A stretch of DNA of 64,000 bases from an uncultured Candidatus Rokubacteria bacterium (GTDB taxonomy: Bacteria; Methylomirabilota; Methylomirabilia; Rokubacteriales; CSP1-6), in contig CAVWFS010000018.1 in the NCBI GenBank assembly GCA_963754315.1, positions 448,001 to 512,000 of the forward strand, read 5' to 3'. The notes beneath the pieces were generated by a model. That model was not told the DNA's origin and ran no database searches. It worked only from the letters and a program-made list of their open reading frames with translations. Of this stretch, positions 1 to 9,782 are shown piece by piece. Position 1 is the stretch's first letter; every line of letters begins with the position of its first letter. The translations under genes were made by a program, and so were the position numbers.

Positions 1-246
1 CTCACCACCACCGTGCGCGACGGGGTTACCGGTCATCTCGTGCCCGAGGGCGACGTCAACGCGCTCGCGCAGCGGCTGGCCGACCTGATCACCGATCCCG
101 ATGCCTGCGAGCGACTGGGCCGCGAAGGCGCGCGCTGGGCAGTCCAGCATCGCTGGCCGTGCGTGGCCGAGGCCATCTGCCGTGAGTTCGCATCCCTGGA
201 ACCTCTGGCCGAGGTCCACCTGGCCTCCGCGCGCTGCCGGGAGTGA
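1..246 (+). CDS. Glycosyltransferase family 4 (GT-B), C-terminal fragment cut by window start
   Basis: [29 protein letters not shown]...RLGREG...W matches the GT4 C-terminal pattern. Confidence 0.75.
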   Translation, partial: LTTTVRDGVTGHLVPEGDVNALAQRLADLITDPDACERLGREGARWAVQHRWPCVAEAICREFASLEPLAEVHLASARCRE

Positions 247-1280
247 GGCGGGTGCCGCCGCTCCTGGAGGTCCGCGGTCTGCAGACACAGTTCCTGACGC
301 GCGGCGGAGTGGTTCGCGCGGTGGACGGGGTCTCCTGGGACGTGCAGGAGGGGGAGACCGTCGCTCTTGTCGGCGAGTCGGGATGCGGCAAGAGCGTGAG
401 CGCGCTCAGTATCATGCGATTGGTATCGGAGCCGGCCGGCCGGATCGTGGGCGGGCAGATCCTCTTCAAGGGGCGCGACCTGCTGACCTTGACTGAGGAG
501 GAGATGCGCCGGGTCCGCGGCCGTGAGATCGGCATGATCTTCCAGGAGCCGATGACCTCGCTGAACCCCGTGCTCACCGTCGGTCGGCAGCTCACCGAAG
601 GGCTCGAAATTCACCTCGGGATGACACACGCTCAGGCGCGGGCCCGCGCCGTGGAATTGCTGGGATTGGTGGGCGTACCCGATGGTGGCCGCCGGCTCGC
701 CCAGTACCCACACCAGTTCAGTGGTGGCATGCGCCAGCGCATGATGATTGCCATGGCCCTGGCCTGCCAGCCCGCCCTGATCCTGGCTGACGAGCCAACC
801 ACAGCCCTCGACGTCACGATTCAGGCCCAGATCCTCGAGCTGATGCGGAACCTGTCGCGCGAGTTCGGGGTGGCCATGCTGATGATCACCCACAATCTCG
901 GCGTGGTGGCCCGATACGCCGATCGGGTGAACGTCATGTACGCGGGGCGCATCATCGAGCAGGGCACGGCTCGCGCGTTGTACGCGAATCCCCGCCATCC
1001 CTACACTCTCGGTCTGCTGCACTCCGTACCCCGCCTGGATGAGCCGCGTCGCGCCCGCCTCGATCCCATCGAGGGTCAGCCGCCAGATCTCACCCGGCTG
1101 CCCCGGGGCTGCGCCTTCGTGCCGCGTTGCGCCTTCCGCGTGGAGCGGTGCGCAGAAGAGATTCCCCTCCTTCGTCGTATCGGTGACGAGGATCGCGTGA
1201 GCGCCTGCTGGGAGGCCGAACACCTTCCAGGTCGCGGGCCGCGCACGCCGATGGCGCCAGCCAGCGCGGGGGGACGATGA
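243..1280 (+). CDS. oppD: Oligopeptide/dipeptide ABC transporter ATPase (OppD/DppD-like)
   Basis: Walker [17 protein letters not shown] signature, DEPTTALD, C-terminal HPYT and Cys-rich domain. Confidence 0.9.
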   Translation: MRRVPPLLEVRGLQTQFLTRGGVVRAVDGVSWDVQEGETVALVGESGCGKSVSALSIMRLVSEPAGRIVGGQILFKGRDLLTLTEEEMRRVRGREIGMIFQEPMTSLNPVLTVGRQLTEGLEIHLGMTHAQARARAVELLGLVGVPDGGRRLAQYPHQFSGGMRQRMMIAMALACQPALILADEPTTALDVTIQAQILELMRNLSREFGVAMLMITHNLGVVARYADRVNVMYAGRIIEQGTARALYANPRHPYTLGLLHSVPRLDEPRRARLDPIEGQPPDLTRLPRGCAFVPRCAFRVERCAEEIPLLRRIGDEDRVSACWEAEHLPGRGPRTPMAPASAGGR

Positions 1281-2254
1281 GCGAGGGAGTGCTCCTGCAG
1301 GTTCGCAATCTGGTCAAGCACTTCGAGGTCGGTGGGAGACTGTTCGGCGCGCGGGGAACGGTGCGCGCTGTCGATGGTGTGAGCTTCGAGATCTCCCGTG
1401 GCGAGACCTTGGGCCTCGTCGGCGAATCGGGTTGTGGGAAGACGACCACCGGGCGTTGCATCCTTCAGCTCGAGCGCCCCACGAGCGGGTCCATCGTGTT
1501 CGAGGGCAAGGAACTGACGGGGGTGACCGAGGGCGAGCTACGCCTCGTGCGTCGTCGGATGCAGGTGATCTTCCAGGATCCCTACAGTTCGCTGAACCCG
1601 CGGATGACCATCGAGCAGATCATCGAGGAGCCCCTCTTCGTCCACGGCATCGTGAGCGGCGCGGTGGAGCGGGCGGCGCGGGTTCGTCGGTTGCTGGAGC
1701 AGGTCGGACTCCTCCCCCAGCACGGACGGCGCTATCCCCACCAGCTTTCGGGTGGTCAGCGCCAGCGGGTCGGCATCGCGCGTGCCCTCGCCATGGAGCC
1801 GTCCCTCATCGTGTGCGATGAGCCGGTGTCGGCGCTCGACGTTTCCATCCAGGCCCAGATCATCAACCTCCTCGAGGATCTTCAGAGTGAGTTGGGTCTC
1901 ACGTATCTGTTCGTAGCCCACGACCTCTCGGTCGTGCGCCACATCTCCGATCGAGTCGCCGTCATGTATCTCGGTAAAATCGTGGAGATCACCGATCGAA
2001 AGGTGCTCTACGACGAGCCCCTGCACCCCTATACGAAGGCCTTGCTCTCGGCGGTGCCCATCCCGGATCCCGAGACGGAATCCTCCCGTGAGCGCATTGT
2101 GCTCAGCGGAGAAGTCCCGAGCGCGCTCCAGCCCCCTTCGGGCTGCGTGTTCCATCCCCGTTGTCCCATCGCCGTCACCCGCTGCTCCCAAGAAGTCCCA
2201 CTCCTCCGCGAGATCAAGCCTGCCCACTGGACCGCCTGCCACCTCGCCGCCTGA
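1277..2254 (+). CDS. oppF: Oligopeptide/dipeptide ABC transporter ATPase (OppF/DppF-like)
   Basis: [32 protein letters not shown] overlap with upstream gene. Confidence 0.9.
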   Translation: MSEGVLLQVRNLVKHFEVGGRLFGARGTVRAVDGVSFEISRGETLGLVGESGCGKTTTGRCILQLERPTSGSIVFEGKELTGVTEGELRLVRRRMQVIFQDPYSSLNPRMTIEQIIEEPLFVHGIVSGAVERAARVRRLLEQVGLLPQHGRRYPHQLSGGQRQRVGIARALAMEPSLIVCDEPVSALDVSIQAQIINLLEDLQSELGLTYLFVAHDLSVVRHISDRVAVMYLGKIVEITDRKVLYDEPLHPYTKALLSAVPIPDPETESSRERIVLSGEVPSALQPPSGCVFHPRCPIAVTRCSQEVPLLREIKPAHWTACHLAA

Positions 2255-2271
2255 GGCGTCAGGCTCCGGCC

Positions 2272-2400
2272 GCGCCGCTCCTAGCGCGTCATGTAGCACC
2301 ACCCAAAGCAAGCGCGATATCGAGGGGCACCGGCTTCCCGCCAGCGCCGCTCCTAGCGCGTCATGTAGCACCACCCAAAGCAAGCGCGATATCGAGGGGC
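2272..2400. repeat. Exact 57-bp direct repeat, two copies (2272-2328, 2344-2400), period 72
   Basis: gcgccgctcctagcgcgtcatgtagcaccacccaaagcaagcgcgatatcgaggggc occurs twice. Confidence 0.95.
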
Positions 2401-2468
2401 GCCCCGGGTCCCCCGGGGTGCCCCGAACGCCCGGGGGGCTTGGGGGGCCCTTTCGAGGCCCCCCAATA
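2391..2468 (+). repeat. GC-rich two-hairpin REP-like element, copy 1
   Basis: atcgaggggcgccccgggtcccccggggtgccccgaacgcccggggggcttggggggccctttcgaggccccccaata; related copies at six other loci. Confidence 0.85.
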
Positions 2469-2492
2469 TACCGGTCTGACCATCGGTCCGCC

Positions 2493-2521
2493 TTGACACG
2501 GCAAGGGGCTGCGGGTACGGT
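2493..2521 (+). promoter_or_regulatory. Sigma70-type promoter candidate upstream of the substrate-binding protein gene
   Basis: TTGACA-N17-TACGGT. Confidence 0.5.
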
Positions 2522-2583
2522 GTGCGAAACCTGCGGCCGCTGCCGCGGATTCTTGAACAAAGCCCAAGGAGTCGCCACAGGAG

Positions 2584-4179
2584 GTGGCCCTCATGTTTCG
2601 CGCACTAGCACTCATTACCGCACTATCCGTTGTGACCCTTGTCGGTCCGGTCGAGGCCCAAGACAAGCCCCGCTACGGCGGAGAGTTGATCTTTGCCGTC
2701 CCGTCCGAGCCTCCGTCGTACGACGCCCACCAGGAGGAGACCTTCGGGCTCATTCACCCGATGGCACCCCACTACAGCACCTTGCTGCGCGTCGATCCGT
2801 CCGATCGGACGGGGACCAAGCCGGTCGGAGATCTGGCCGAGTCGTGGACGATCGCCAAGGACGGTCTCGTCTATACCTTCAAGCTGCGCAAGGGCGTGAA
2901 GTTCCACGACGGCAGCGAGATGACCTCCAAGGACGTCAAGGCGTCCTACGACAAGATCATCTTCCCGAAGGATGGGATGAAGTCCTCCCGCCGCACGACG
3001 TACCAGGCGGTGGAGGTCGTGGAAGCGCCCGATCCCACCACGGTACGGTTCCGCCTCAAGTGGCCGGAGTCGTCGTTCATGCTCAACCTGGCCTCGCCCT
3101 GGAACTGGATCTACAAGGCCGACATCCTGGCCAAGGATCCGCGCTGGTACGAGAAGAACGTGATGGGCACTGGGGCCTTCAAGTTCGTCGAGCACGTGAA
3201 GGGCTCCCACTGGGTGGGCAAGAAAAATCCCGACTACTGGGACAAGGGCAAGCCGTATCTGGACGGGTACCGGGCTCTGTTCATCACCTCGTCGTCAGCG
3301 CAGGTAGCGGCCGTGCGGGGCGAGCGTGCCCACATCCAGTTCCGGGGCTTCAGCCCGGCCGAGCGCGACCAGCTGGTGGCCGCCCTCGGGCCCAAGATCG
3401 CCGTGCAGGAAAGCCCCTGGGACTGCGTGCTCATGGTGGCCATGCACCACGAGAAGAAGCCCTTTGATGACAAGCGCGTCCGACGCGCCCTGAGCCTGGC
3501 CCTGGATCGCTACGAGGGGTCGAAGAATCTGTCGAAGATCGCAATCGTCCGCGACGTGGCGGGCATTCAAGTGCCAGGCACACCGTACGCCACTCCGCCG
3601 GCCGAACTGGAGAAGCTCGCTGGCTACGGGCGCGACGTCAATGCCAACCGGGCCGAAGCGCGGCGGCTGCTCAAGGAGGCGGGGGTGCCGGAGGGCTTCG
3701 CGTTCACCTTCAAGAACCGGGGAACGCCCATGCCCTACGAGCCCGTTGCCATCTGGCTCATCGATCAGTGGCGGCAGATCGGATTGAACGTGAAACAAGA
3801 GGTCATCGAGGCCTCGGCCTACCATCCCATGCTGAAGCGCGGCGACTTCGAAGTGGCCATGGATTTTGCCTGCGGCTTCATCGTCGAGCCCGATCTCGAT
3901 CTCGGGCGCTTTGTGACCAACTCCGACGCCAACTACGGCAAGCACAAGGATGCCCTGATCGATGAGCTGTACATGAAACAGGCCCGGGCTTCGGATCAGG
4001 AAGAGCGAAAGAAGTATCTGCGGGCTCTCGAAAAGCGCTTGCTCGATGAGGAAGTGCACGTGTTCTACACGCTCCAGTGGCACCGCATCATTCCTCACAA
4101 CTCCAAGGTGAAGGGCTGGACCATTACCCCCAGCCACTACCTGAACAACCAACTCGATGCGGTCTGGCTGAGCGAGTAG
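2584..4179 (+). CDS. ABC substrate-binding protein, family 5 (OppA/DppA-like); start may be ATG 2593
   Basis: Signal peptide, YGGEL, LAESW, YTFKLRKGVKFHDG, GTGAFK, PFDDKRVRRAL; GGAGG upstream. Confidence 0.9.
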   Translation: MALMFRALALITALSVVTLVGPVEAQDKPRYGGELIFAVPSEPPSYDAHQEETFGLIHPMAPHYSTLLRVDPSDRTGTKPVGDLAESWTIAKDGLVYTFKLRKGVKFHDGSEMTSKDVKASYDKIIFPKDGMKSSRRTTYQAVEVVEAPDPTTVRFRLKWPESSFMLNLASPWNWIYKADILAKDPRWYEKNVMGTGAFKFVEHVKGSHWVGKKNPDYWDKGKPYLDGYRALFITSSSAQVAAVRGERAHIQFRGFSPAERDQLVAALGPKIAVQESPWDCVLMVAMHHEKKPFDDKRVRRALSLALDRYEGSKNLSKIAIVRDVAGIQVPGTPYATPPAELEKLAGYGRDVNANRAEARRLLKEAGVPEGFAFTFKNRGTPMPYEPVAIWLIDQWRQIGLNVKQEVIEASAYHPMLKRGDFEVAMDFACGFIVEPDLDLGRFVTNSDANYGKHKDALIDELYMKQARASDQEERKKYLRALEKRLLDEEVHVFYTLQWHRIIPHNSKVKGWTITPSHYLNNQLDAVWLSE

Positions 4180-4189
4180 CCAGACAGGC

Positions 4190-4219
4190 GGAGCGCGCCC
4201 GGTCCGCCGGGCGCGCTCC
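4190..4219 (+). other. Strong intercistronic hairpin after the SBP gene (mRNA stabiliser or attenuator)
   Basis: ggagcgcgcccgg-tccg-ccgggcgcgctcc, 13-bp perfect stem, no U-tail. Confidence 0.7.
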
Positions 4220-4228
4220 CGGTAACCC

Positions 4229-5182
4229 ATGTGGCGATACCTCTTGAAGCGGTTCTTCCTCATGTTCCCCACCCTGCTGGGGGTGGCCGCGCTGATCTTC
4301 TTTCTCATGCGGGTTGTCCCTGGTGACGTGGTCGAGCTCAGAATGGCGGGCGACCGTGGGACCGTGTCCCAGGAAGCGGTCGAGAAGGAGCGGGTGCGCT
4401 ACGGTCTCGATCGACCCTTGTGGGAGCAGTTCCTCACGTGGCTATGGGGCGCGGTGCGTCTCGATTTCGGTCGATCCATGTGGACCGGCGCGCCCATCTG
4501 GGAGGAGATCAAGCTCCGGTTCGCGCTCTCGCTGCAGGTGGCGATCATGGCCACCGTGGTGGCGGTGCTGCTCGCCATCCCTCTCGGTGTGCTGGCAGCG
4601 CTCAAGCAGGATACGTGGGTCGACTACGCCGTGCGCATTTTCTCCACCGCCGGCCAGGCTACCCCGTCCTTCTGGCTCGGCATCCTCTTCATCCTCGCCC
4701 TGCTCATCGTGTTCAAGTGGTTGCCGCCGATGGTGTACACGCCGTTCTGGGTGAACCCCTGGCAGAATCTCGCCCAGCTCATCTGGCCGGCCCTCACCGT
4801 GGGGTATCGTTACTCGGCGGTGGCAACCCGGATGACCCGCTCGGCGATGTTGGAGGTGCTCCGCGAGGACTACATCCGCACGGCGCGGGCCAAGGGTCTT
4901 CTGGCCAAGCTGATCCTCACCCGTCACGCGCTCAAGAACGCGATGTTGCCTGTGGTGGCGGTGGTCGCGCTGGAGTTTGCTTTCCTCATCGGGGGCCTGG
5001 TGGTCACGGAACAGGTCTTCAACCTCAACGGGATCGGCCTCCTGTTCGTGCAGGCGGTCGCTCACCGCGACTACACGCTGGTGCAGGCCTTGGTCATGGT
5101 GGTGGCCGGGGCCTTCATCGTCGTGAACTTCTGCATGGACGTGATGTACGCCTGGCTCGACCCGCGAATCCGCTACCGGTAG
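4229..5182 (+). CDS. oppB: Peptide ABC permease (OppB/DppB-like)
   Basis: TM helices, EDYIRTARAKG EAA-loop, HALKNA, DPRIR C-terminus. Confidence 0.9.
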   Translation: MWRYLLKRFFLMFPTLLGVAALIFFLMRVVPGDVVELRMAGDRGTVSQEAVEKERVRYGLDRPLWEQFLTWLWGAVRLDFGRSMWTGAPIWEEIKLRFALSLQVAIMATVVAVLLAIPLGVLAALKQDTWVDYAVRIFSTAGQATPSFWLGILFILALLIVFKWLPPMVYTPFWVNPWQNLAQLIWPALTVGYRYSAVATRMTRSAMLEVLREDYIRTARAKGLLAKLILTRHALKNAMLPVVAVVALEFAFLIGGLVVTEQVFNLNGIGLLFVQAVAHRDYTLVQALVMVVAGAFIVVNFCMDVMYAWLDPRIRYR

Positions 5183-5188
5183 ATCATC

Positions 5189-6091
5189 ATGGCCGCCAAC
5201 CCGCCCCTTGAAGGCTACCGCGACTTCGTCGCCCCGGTCGCGGAACGAGGGTGGAGCCACGCCATCCTCGATTTCTGTCGCGAGCGGCAGCTGGGCGCGG
5301 TGGGGGCCGCCATTATCGTCCTCATGTTCGTGGTGGCGGCAGCAGCGCCCTTGCTCGCTCCCTACGATCCGGTGGCCGTCGATTTCGGCGCCATGCTGCA
5401 GTCGCCGAGCCGGAGCCACTGGCTCGGGACTGACGCCTTCGGGCGCGACGTGCTCTCGCGCCTCATCTACGGATCGAGGACCGCCCTTGTCGTGGGCTTC
5501 GGGTCGGCCATCCTGGGGGCCACCTTGGGAGCGGTGCTCGGGGTGGGGAGCGCCTACTTTGGCGGACGCATTGACCTCTATCTGCAGCGGATCATGGACA
5601 TCTTCCTGTGCTTCCCACTCATCATTCTGGCCCTGGCCATCGTGGCCATGATGGGCAACAACATTCCCAACCTCATCGTCGCCATCACGGTGCCGATGGT
5701 CCCCCGCTGTGCGCTGGTCATCCGCGCCGCCGCCCTCTCCATCCGCGAGCTTCCGTACGTGGACGCTGCGCGGGCGGCCGGCTTCCGCCCTGCGCGGATC
5801 GTACTGCGGCACATGCTTCCCAACGTCATGGCGCCCTACCTGATCATGTTGACCTCGTTTCTTGGTCAGGCGATTCTGCTGGAGGCCTCGCTCTCGTTCC
5901 TTGGGCTCGGGGTGCAAGAGCCTATCGCAGCATGGGGCCTCATGCTCCGTGGAGCGGCCGTCGAGTTCGCTGAGACGGCGCCGTGGATCGCCATCTTTCC
6001 CGGGTTGGCCATCAGCCTCTCGGTCTTTGCCTTCAACCTCTTCGGCGATTCTTTGCGCGATGCGCTCGATCCGCGCCTGCGCACGCAGTGA
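5189..6091 (+). CDS. oppC: Peptide ABC permease (OppC/DppC-like)
   Basis: HWLGTDAFGRDVLSRLIYG, YVDAARAAG, FNLFGDSLRDALDPR. Confidence 0.9.
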   Translation: MAANPPLEGYRDFVAPVAERGWSHAILDFCRERQLGAVGAAIIVLMFVVAAAAPLLAPYDPVAVDFGAMLQSPSRSHWLGTDAFGRDVLSRLIYGSRTALVVGFGSAILGATLGAVLGVGSAYFGGRIDLYLQRIMDIFLCFPLIILALAIVAMMGNNIPNLIVAITVPMVPRCALVIRAAALSIRELPYVDAARAAGFRPARIVLRHMLPNVMAPYLIMLTSFLGQAILLEASLSFLGLGVQEPIAAWGLMLRGAAVEFAETAPWIAIFPGLAISLSVFAFNLFGDSLRDALDPRLRTQ

Positions 6092-6105
6092 GGCCGAGCG
6101 GCCTG

Positions 6106-6134
6106 TTGACACGTCCCGGGAAGTACGTTACAAA
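6106..6134 (+). promoter_or_regulatory. Sigma70-type promoter candidate for ferredoxin
   Basis: TTGACA-N17-TACAAA. Confidence 0.5.
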
Positions 6135-6192
6135 ACGATGGTTTTGACCGGACGCAAGCGATGGGAAACGTCTGAAGTCGAGGGAGGGTTGG

Positions 6193-6459
6193 ATGCCGTA
6201 CGTCATTGCTGAGCCCTGCATTAACGTCAAGGACAAGGCGTGCGTGGAAGTGTGTCCGGTCGACTGCATCTACGAGGGTGAGACGATGCTCTACATCCAC
6301 CCGGATGAATGTATCGACTGCGGCGCCTGCGAGCCCGTGTGTCCGGTGAAGGCCATCTTCGCGGAGGACGAAGTCCCCGACCAGTGGAAGAACTTTACGG
6401 AGTTGAACAAGCAATTCTTCACGGATCACCCGGACGTCAAACCCGCCACCAAGACCTGA
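6193..6459 (+). CDS. fdxA: 7Fe-type ([3Fe-4S]/[4Fe-4S]) ferredoxin
   Basis: [47 protein letters not shown]. Confidence 0.92.
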   Translation: MPYVIAEPCINVKDKACVEVCPVDCIYEGETMLYIHPDECIDCGACEPVCPVKAIFAEDEVPDQWKNFTELNKQFFTDHPDVKPATKT

Positions 6460-6483
6460 TCTCGATCGGGTTGCCACCTCTGC

Positions 6484-6515
6484 GGGCCCTCGTTACGGCG
6501 AGGGCCCTTTTCTTT
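6484..6515 (+). terminator. Rho-independent terminator after ferredoxin
   Basis: gggccctcgt-tacg-gcgagggccc followed by a T-rich tail. Confidence 0.85.
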
Positions 6516-6603
6516 GCCCAGGGCGGGGGGCATGACGCCACGGTCGCTGTGCACGCGTCCGCCGTGTCCCCCCGGATCGCGCACCGGAGTGGGGACGAGG
6601 CGG

Positions 6604-6619
6604 TGGCACTTCGGTTGCT
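6604..6619 (+). promoter_or_regulatory. Sigma54 (-24/-12) promoter candidate
   Basis: TGGCAC-ttcgg-TTGCT with correct GG-N10-GC spacing. Confidence 0.65.
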
Positions 6620-6680
6620 GCGCTCGTCTGCCGTGGAAATCTCAACGTGTGTGGCGGGGCCCCGTCCCGATTCCGGGAGC

Positions 6681-6863
6681 GTGGTTGGCTATCACGGGGC
6701 AGTGTCGGAATTCAAACGGCGGCTCATCGAGGCCACCCTCCATCAGATGCGGGGGAACCGTACGCATGCGGCCCGAGCGCTCGGACTGCAACGCACGTAT
6801 CTGTTACGCCTCATCCGGGACTTGCGAGTCAGTGCCCCGCCACCCCCTCCGCGGCGAAGTTAA
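6681..6863 (+). CDS. Small stand-alone Fis-type helix-turn-helix (HTH_8) protein; start uncertain
   Basis: YHGAVSEFKRRLIEATLHQMRGNRTHAARALGLQRTYLLRLIRDL resembles a bEBP C-terminal HTH; GTG 6681 follows GGGAG. Confidence 0.7.
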   Translation: MVGYHGAVSEFKRRLIEATLHQMRGNRTHAARALGLQRTYLLRLIRDLRVSAPPPPPRRS

Positions 6864-6969
6864 GGCGGGGGAGACACTCACGAGACACAAGATTCGATCA
6901 CGCCAGCGCCGCCCGGCATGACGGGGGCGGGTTGACGTTCGTGACGGTACCCGGCAAGCTTGGGCCGCC

Positions 6970-8094
6970 ATGCTCGATGTCTTCGTGGGGGGCGCTGGGA
7001 TGACACGCCTCGGCCGGCGGACCGAACCGCTGGCGGACTTGATGGCGGAGGCTGCCCACAGCGCACTCGGCGCGGCCGGCGTGCAGGTGCCGGACGCCAT
7101 CGTGGTGGCGGCCATGAACCCCGAGGAGTTCATCGGTGACGGCAATTTTGCCTCGAATATCGCCACCCATATGGGCTTCGCCGAGGTGCCTACCTGGCGC
7201 GTGGAGACGGCGACCTCCTCGGGAGCGGCCGCCCTCTACGCTGGCTTTGCCCAAATTGCTGCGGGACTGCATCGGTCGGTCCTGGTGGTGGGCGGTGAAA
7301 AGATGACCCACCTGAGCACCCCCCGCGTGTCGGAGGTGATCGGACGTTCCATCGATCCCCATGAACGCTCCTATGGGGCTACCATGCCGGCGTTAGCTGG
7401 CCTGGTCACGCGCGCGCTCATGGCCGAGCACGGTGTGTCGGCTCGCGAGATCGCGCAGGTTTCGGTGAAGAATCACAGCAACGCGACCCGCAACCCCTAT
7501 GCCCATTTCCCGCACGCGGTGTCGATGGAAGAGGTCATGGAGAGCCGGATCGTGGCCGATCCGCTGCGGCTTCTCCACTGTTGTCCCATCTCCGATGGTG
7601 CGGCGGCCGTGGTGCTCACGGCGGTACGCACACACGTTCGCATAGCGGGGATCGGTCAGGGCACGGACACGTTGGCCGTCCGCCACCGTCAGATGCTGAC
7701 GCGCTTCCCGGCTACCCAGGCGGCTGCTGCTGCCGCCTACGCGATGGCGGGTTTTGGTCCCGAGCGTATCGATTTCGCCGAGGTTCACGACGCGTTCGTT
7801 CCGTTCGAGCTGATCTCGCTGGAGGATCTGGGCTTGGTGCCGTACGGCAAGGCCGGACGCGCCACCCTGGACGGCGAGACCTCGCGCGAGGGACGATTGC
7901 CCGTGAACCTCTCGGGGGGTTTGAAGGCTCGCGGCCACCCGTTGGCGGCCACGGGCCTGGCCCAGGTCGTCGAATGCGTTTGGCAGCTCTCGGGGACGGC
8001 GGGCGAGCGTCAGGTGGAAGGCCGCGTGGCACTCGCCCACTCCATCGGGGGTCTTGCCACCAACAACTGGGTCACCATCCTGGAAGCTTCCTGA
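6970..8094 (+). CDS. SCP-x/Ltp2-type thiolase-fold protein
   Basis: VGGEKM, SVKNHSNA.NPYA, PISDGAAA, EVHDAF, GHPLAATG, HSIGG. Confidence 0.85.
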   Translation: MLDVFVGGAGMTRLGRRTEPLADLMAEAAHSALGAAGVQVPDAIVVAAMNPEEFIGDGNFASNIATHMGFAEVPTWRVETATSSGAAALYAGFAQIAAGLHRSVLVVGGEKMTHLSTPRVSEVIGRSIDPHERSYGATMPALAGLVTRALMAEHGVSAREIAQVSVKNHSNATRNPYAHFPHAVSMEEVMESRIVADPLRLLHCCPISDGAAAVVLTAVRTHVRIAGIGQGTDTLAVRHRQMLTRFPATQAAAAAAYAMAGFGPERIDFAEVHDAFVPFELISLEDLGLVPYGKAGRATLDGETSREGRLPVNLSGGLKARGHPLAATGLAQVVECVWQLSGTAGERQVEGRVALAHSIGGLATNNWVTILEAS

Positions 8095-8095
8095 C

Positions 8096-8524
8096 ATGAT
8101 CGAGACCATTGCGGGGTCGCGCTGTCCGCGCTGCGCGATGGTGGTGGTGCCGCCTGCCGCCTACTGCCCTCATCATCCCGTGGCCATGACCTCCACGGAT
8201 CTGCCCGGCGTGGGCGAGGTAGTCTCCTACACGACCCTGCACTCAGCGCCCGAGGGTTTCCGGTCACCCCTTCACCTTGCGATCGTCGAGCTCGACGGGG
8301 GCGCCCGTTTCGTCTGCCACGGTGCAGAGACCCGGGGCATCAGAATCGGTTCCCGAGTGGCGGTGGAGGCTATCGACAACGTCTTCTACTTCGCGCAGCT
8401 GGGCGCGCTCGACCGCGCCCGCCTCTTCTGGCGTCGTGCCGGCCGGGCCGGTGATCGCGTCAACGCCATCGCGCGGAGCTGGGCCAAGCGGGCCTGGAAA
8501 GGAAAATCTCGTGCCGAAGGCTGA
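8096..8524 (+). CDS. Zn-ribbon/OB-fold (DUF35, ChsH2-like) partner protein
   Basis: CPRC...CPHH, GEVVSYTT, LAIVELDGG; directly follows the thiolase-fold gene. Confidence 0.82.
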   Translation: MIETIAGSRCPRCAMVVVPPAAYCPHHPVAMTSTDLPGVGEVVSYTTLHSAPEGFRSPLHLAIVELDGGARFVCHGAETRGIRIGSRVAVEAIDNVFYFAQLGALDRARLFWRRAGRAGDRVNAIARSWAKRAWKGKSRAEG

Positions 8525-9725
8525 TAGGCGCTCCCCGTCCGCGTCGCCCCTGACGGGCGTTCGCGTGCTCGATCTCACTCGCGTGTTGGCCGGGCCGTTC
8601 TGCTCGATGATGCTCGGGGACATGGGTGCCGAGGTCATCAAGGTCGAGGAACCCGGCAAGGGGGACGATACGCGAAGCTGGCCGCCGTTCGTGGGCGGTG
8701 AAGCCACGTACTTCATGTCGGTCAATCGCAACAAGAAGAGCATCACCCTCAACCTCAAGGACACCGAGGGACAGGCGATCCTGCGCACCCTGATCGGGAA
8801 GAGTGACGTGCTCCTCGAGAATTTCCGGCCTGGCACCATGGAGAAGCTCGGCTTCGGCTACACCACCCTCGCCGACCAGAATCCCAAGCTCGTGTATTGC
8901 TCGATCTCCGGCTTTGGCGAATCGGGTCCGGAGGCCGGACGCGCCGGCTACGATCTCGTGGTTCAGGCCGAATCGGGCCTCATGGACATCACAGGCTTTG
9001 CCGATGGGCCGCCCGTGAAGGTGGGGACGTCGATCGCGGATCTGGTGGCGGGTATGTCGGCCGCCCACGGTGTCGTACTCGCCCTCCTGGCGCGAGGTCG
9101 CACCCGGCGCGGCCAAAAAGTCGAGATTTCGATGCTCGACACGATGGCCGCTCTGCTCACGTACCAGGCAGGAATCTATTTCGCGACGGGCCAGCGGCCG
9201 ACTCGGCGCGGGAACGCTCATCCTTCGATCGTTCCCTACGAGGTCTTCACCGCGTCCGACGGTTTCGTCGCCCTCGGTGTCGCCAACGACTCGCTGTGGC
9301 AGCGGTGCTGCAAGGCCCTCGAGCGCCCAGACCTGGTCACTGACCCCCTGTACGGCACGGTGTCCAAACGCGTCGAGAACCGTGAGGTGCTCATTCCCCT
9401 CTTGAACCAGATCATGGCCGTGCGCCCGGCTGCCGAGTGGCTCGAGCGATTCGAGGCGGCCGGCGTCCCGGCCGGACGCATCAAGAGTGTCCCCGAAGTG
9501 TGCGAGAGCTCTCATCTGCGGGCTCGCGGTATGATCGCCACCTTGCCCCACGCGGCGGCCGGGCAGGTCACCGTCATGGGAGTTCCCATACAGCTTCACG
9601 GCACACCGGGTGGGCTCCGGCAGGCGCCGCCACGTCTCGGTGAGCACACCGCCGAGGTTTTGCGCCGACTGGCGAGGGTGCCCGCCCGCCAGATCGCACA
9701 CCTTCGTGAGCGTGGCGTCATCTAG
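8511..9725 (+). CDS. Family III CoA-transferase (CaiB/BaiF)
   Basis: PLTGVRVLDLTRVLAGP, NRNKKSITLNLK, ENFRPG, PRLGEHT. Confidence 0.92.
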   Translation: MPKADRRSPSASPLTGVRVLDLTRVLAGPFCSMMLGDMGAEVIKVEEPGKGDDTRSWPPFVGGEATYFMSVNRNKKSITLNLKDTEGQAILRTLIGKSDVLLENFRPGTMEKLGFGYTTLADQNPKLVYCSISGFGESGPEAGRAGYDLVVQAESGLMDITGFADGPPVKVGTSIADLVAGMSAAHGVVLALLARGRTRRGQKVEISMLDTMAALLTYQAGIYFATGQRPTRRGNAHPSIVPYEVFTASDGFVALGVANDSLWQRCCKALERPDLVTDPLYGTVSKRVENREVLIPLLNQIMAVRPAAEWLERFEAAGVPAGRIKSVPEVCESSHLRARGMIATLPHAAAGQVTVMGVPIQLHGTPGGLRQAPPRLGEHTAEVLRRLARVPARQIAHLRERGVI

Positions 9726-9782
9726 GGTTGGGCGCGCCATGTTGACAGCCTCTTCGTGGATCGCTGATCATACGGGGCAGGC

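Noticed and set aside
2272..2400. Direct repeats as a mini CRISPR array
   Set aside because: Only two copies, with a 57-bp repeat and 15-bp spacer, and no cas genes
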